A stretch of DNA of 64,000 nt, taken from positions 69,874,001-69,938,000 of the forward strand of contig OZ360231.1 in assembly GCA_977017645.1 (NCBI GenBank). The letters are read 5' to 3'. Source of the DNA: Torpedo marmorata (taxonomy: Eukaryota). Positions 59,901 to 64,000 of this stretch are shown here, in pieces (positions within the stretch are counted from its first letter, which is position 1; each line of letters starts with the position of its first letter). The notes beneath the pieces are model-generated. The model had not been told where the DNA came from. It saw only the letters and a program-made list of their open reading frames with translations, and made no database searches. Position numbers and translations under genes: made by a program.

Positions 59901-62283
59901 TGCAGTCAAACGTTTTCACCAGTACCCCTATGGACGTGCATTCACAATTTATACAGATCATAAACCACTGATGAGCCTGTTCAGTGAGACCAGATACGTC
60001 CCACCGCTAGCCTCAGCTAGGATACAGCGTTGGGCTCTCACATTGTCAGCCTACCAGTACACTATTGTGTACAGAGCAGGTGGGGATAATGCAAATGCTG
60101 ATGCGCTGAGTCGTCTACCTTTACCTGAGACACAGGATACTACATATGTGCCTCCAGGGACGGTGTTTTCAATGGAGAGGCTGTCAGAGACACCTGTAAA
60201 GGCGACTCAGATAAAGAAGTGGACAGAGAGGGACCCAGTCCTGTCTCAAGTCAAGACTTTCCTTTTACAAGGATGGCCCAGTATCGTGGAAGGAGAGGAA
60301 CTGAAGCGTTATGCCAAACGTATGACAGAATTGAGTCTGCAGGATGGCTGCATTTTCTTGGGGGCGAGGGTCATCGTGCCTCCCCCTGGCCATTCAAAGA
60401 TTGTGGAGGAAGTTCATGAGACTCATCCAGGGGTGTCTCGAATGAAAAGCCTTGTAAGATCCTACTTCTGGTGGCCAAGAATGGATCAGGATCTGGAGAG
60501 CAAGGTAAAATCATGCACGCAACGTTAGATCAATCAGAAAATGCCACCAGCAGCTCCTTTGCACCCATGGGAGTGGCCAGACCGCCCCTGGTCTAGGCTA
60601 CATTTGGACTTTGCTGGCCTTTTTATGGGGCAGATGTTTCTAGTAATGGTGGATGCACATTCCAAATGGATAAAAGCTCACATCATGGGCAACATTACAG
60701 CCCATTCAACCATAGACAAACTCAGGCAAGTATTTGTAGTCCAGGGGTTGCTTGACACTCTGGTCACTGATAATGGCCCGACATTTACCAGTTATCTGTT
60801 CAGTGAGTTCATGCAGCAGAATGGCATTCATCACATTCGGACGGCCTCTTTCCACCCAGACTCAAATGGTTTGGCTGAGCGGACTGCTCAGACAGTGAAG
60901 GAAGGCCTAAAGAGGATGACAGGGGACTCTCTTAGCATCAGGCTTTCACGTTTCTTGTTTAGATACCGCCATGCCGCAGAATACAACTGCACGCTCTCCA
61001 GCAGAGATGCTGATGGGGCATGGGCCCAAGTCAAGATTGGACCTGCTGCGCCCGGACATGAAGGCAAGAGTGGAGAGAAAGCAGGAAAAGCAGAAGGAGG
61101 GACATGATCAACATGCGCGAGAAAGACAGTTAAAACCAGATGACAATGTCAACGTGAGAAACAATCAGCAATGGCTACCCGGGGTTATTCTTAAGCAGAG
61201 TGGGCCCGTCTTCTATGTTGTTACGCTGACTGACGGATGTGTTTTCCGCAGACATCAGGACCATGTGTGCTTGCGTCATAATACATACTCAGAGGCGGAC
61301 AGTTCCATGGAGTTTCCAATGGTGAGACAGACAACTGTGGAAGTGTGTTCCCCAGTGACTTTGCCAGAGACGCTGGCAGAGGGGTCTGGGTCCCCTGAAG
61401 AGGATGGACATTCCCACACGGACCCCTCTTATGCCCCCAACACCAGATCCGCCCAAAACACCGTCAGCGGTGCCTGCTGGGTCATCGGGGGTAGTGCGCA
61501 GATCACAGCGCACTCGCAAACCTCCTGTTAGACTGAATCTTTGATTGCAGAGTTTTTTTAGTAGACTGAATGTGGAATCTGCCACGTTTTTCAGATGTTT
61601 TTGTATTGTTAAATTGTTGCTGAGATGTTATTATAAGTTTTAGGAGTACGCAAGCTAATGACAACATTGTTCTTTTATATTTGGGGCATGTTGGATTTTA
61701 AGGGGGGAGAAGTGTTGTAATGTGAGCTGTTTTGAAAGTGAGGCTGGTTCCGGAGTAAGGGAGGGGTTTTACTTCCTGTGCCTTGTTTATAGCTTCGAGA
61801 CCATGCCGTGTGATCGGGAGAGGGGAAGAAAACAAGCCTCTGTATATGTATGGTTTTGCTGTTCCAGATAAAGTTGTTCTTTTGAGCTTGAAGTTGTCGA
61901 GTGGTCCTTTTTCAAAGTAGAAGTTATCACAGCCTCTGACCGGGGAGATTCTTACTAAGCAGGGATAAGGAGACACTTTAAGAGAGTCACCCAAAGGCAA
62001 GCGGCATCAACCAGCTCTTCATCCTGGCGATACCACTGCTGTTTCACAGAACTTTATTCAAAAAGCTGCTACGAGCAAAGCACGACCAAGGCACTCCGCT
62101 GGCTGAACATTTGCTCCCATCTTCACCAGAGGTTTATGAGTTACTTCAGAGAACATTTACTTTTACAATTTTAAACTTACCAATTTTTTGCCTATTATTT
62201 TATTCTTATTTAATTTTTTAAATATTTATTTTCCTCGTTTTTTTGCCGGTTGCTTGAATTCCGGATACCAGGGGTTTTTACTG
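56991..62283. mobile_element. Tigger-like non-autonomous DNA transposon, interrupted by the Mag-clade Gypsy element
   Basis: TA TSD; TIRs CAGTAAAGTCCCTGGTATCCGG / CCGGATACCAGGGGTTTTTACTG; termini shared with the MITE at 19546-19767. Confidence 0.85.
57323..61931 (+). mobile_element. Full-length Mag-clade Gypsy LTR retrotransposon (frameshifted)
   Basis: LTRs at 57323-57569 and 61713-61931; 5-bp TSD GCCTC; PBS TGGCGACGAGG; PPT AAGGGGGGAGAAG; gag with paired zinc knuckles; IDSGA protease, YLDD RT and integrase. Confidence 0.93.
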
Positions 62284-62449
62284 TATATTTTTTTTGCGGG
62301 GAAGTGTAACAGTCTATTTCAGTCCAACTGGGCTGCCTCTCTCATTTTTATTTGATACATCAATGACCATATTGGTGCTGTTTCCTGCACTCATGCAGAA
62401 TTTAAATTTGATTACTTTTGTTGCCAATTTCCACCTAACTCACTTTGAC

Positions 62450-64000
62450 ATATAACCATATAACAATTACAGCACAGAAACAGGCCAGTTTGGCCCTTCT
62501 TGTCCATGTCGAACACCTTCTCCCACCTCGTCCCACTATCACGCACCCGGCCCATAACCCACAACACCTCTCTCATCCATATACCTATCCAACTTTTCCT
62601 TAAACATTAAAATTGAACCTGCATCTACCACTTCGGCCGGAAGCTCGTTCCACACTCCAACCACCCTCTGAGTGAAGAAATTCCCCCTCATGTTTCCTCT
62701 AAACTTTTCCCCCTTCAATCTCAATCCATGCCCTCTTGTTTGAATCTTCCCCACTCTCAATGGAAAAAGCCTGTCCACGTTGACTCTATCTATCCCCTTC
62801 ATAATTTTAAATACCTCTATCAAATCACCCCTCAACCTTCTACGCTCCAGGGAATAGTCCCAGCCTGCTCAACCTTTCCCTGTAACTCAAACCCAGAAAC
62901 CCTGGCAACATTCTTGTAAATCTCCTCTGCACTCTCTCTATTCTGTTTATATCCTTCCTATAATTCGGCGACCAAAACTGCACACAATATTCCAAATTTG
63001 GCCTCACCAATGCCTTATACAACTTCAACATGACATCCCAATTCCTGTATTCAATACTCTGATTTATGAAGGCCAACATACTAAATGCTTTCTTCACCAC
63101 CCTATCTATGTATGACTCAACTTTCAGGGAATTATGTACCAGAATTTCTAAATCCCTCTGTTCTACTGCCCTCTTCAATTGTCTTCCATTTAACATGTAT
63201 GGCCTTTGCTGATTAGTCCTACCAAAATGTAGCACCTCACATTTATCAGTATTAAACTCAATCTGCCATGTTTCAGCCCACTCTTCTAACTGTCCTATAT
63301 CCCCCTGCAAGCTTTGATAACCCTCTTCACTGTCCACAACACCACCAATCTTCGTATCATCTGCATACTAACTAATCCAATTTACCACCCTATCATCTAG
63401 ATCATTAATATATATGACAAACAACAATGGACCCAGTACTGATCCCTGAGGCACATCCACTAGTCACTGGCCTCCAATTTGACAAACAATTTTCCACCAC
63501 TTCTCTCTGGCATCTCCTATCCAACCATTGTTGAATCCATTTCACTACTTCGACGTTAATACCTAATGCCTTGAACCTTCCTAACTAGCCTCTTATGCAG
63601 AACCTTGTCAAATGCCTTACTAAAGTCCATATATAGACAACATCCACAGCCTTCCCCTCGTCAACCTTCTTAGTAACCTCATCGAAAAACTCTGAGATTT
63701 GTTAAAAATGATCTACCACGTATAAAACCGTGTTGACTACTCCTAATCAATGCTTGTCTTTCCAAATAACTGTATACTCCATCTCTAAGAACACTCTCCA
63801 TTAACTTACCCACTACCGATGTCACAGGCCTATAATTTCCAGGTTTACTTTTGGATCCTTTTTTAAACAGCAGGACAACATGAGCTACCCTCCAATCCTC
63901 CAGCACCTCCCCCGTGGCCAGTGACATTTTAAATATTTCTGTCAGAGCCCCCACTATTTGTACGCTAACCTCCCTCAGGGTCCTCGGGAATATCCTGTCA
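62450..64000 (-). mobile_element. CR1 LINE 3' part (runs off the window)
   Basis: NYRPV, SQHGF, FNTDKCEVLHFG and ERVQRRFTRM motifs; (ATATGGTT)-type tail. Confidence 0.9.

Larger units (their letters stand above)
56380..62445. mobile_element. Penelope remnants: terminus 56380-56560 (-) and RT fragment 56800-56990 plus 62286-62445 (+), split by the Tigger/Gypsy insertion
   Basis: SHFLQIKV lies to the left, and a YIND..GAVSCT-like remnant resumes after 62285. Confidence 0.6.

Overview
This is eukaryotic, vertebrate DNA. The repeat content (CR1, Rex1/Babar and Penelope retroelements plus HE1/V-SINE-like SINEs) suggests a cartilaginous fish, but that host call is an inference. The window is an internal part of the deubiquitinase gene USP9X on the minus strand. 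Nine coding exons (1563 nt, 521 codons, all GT-AG and phase-compatible) run from 53333 down to 5572, and the gene continues beyond both ends. The introns consist mostly of nested transposable elements: an L1, many CR1, Rex1/Babar and Penelope copies, two CsRn1-clade and one Mag-clade Gypsy LTR retrotransposon, tRNA- and 5S-derived SINEs, and Tigger-like and hAT MITEs. There is also a young, almost intact pogo (Passer/POGK-like) DNA transposon with a 54-bp subterminal array. The most notable element is an internally deleted ERV-L-like (class III) provirus with an Fv1/MuERV-L-type gag and a 5-bp TSD. All family assignments come from motif recognition by eye, not from database searches.
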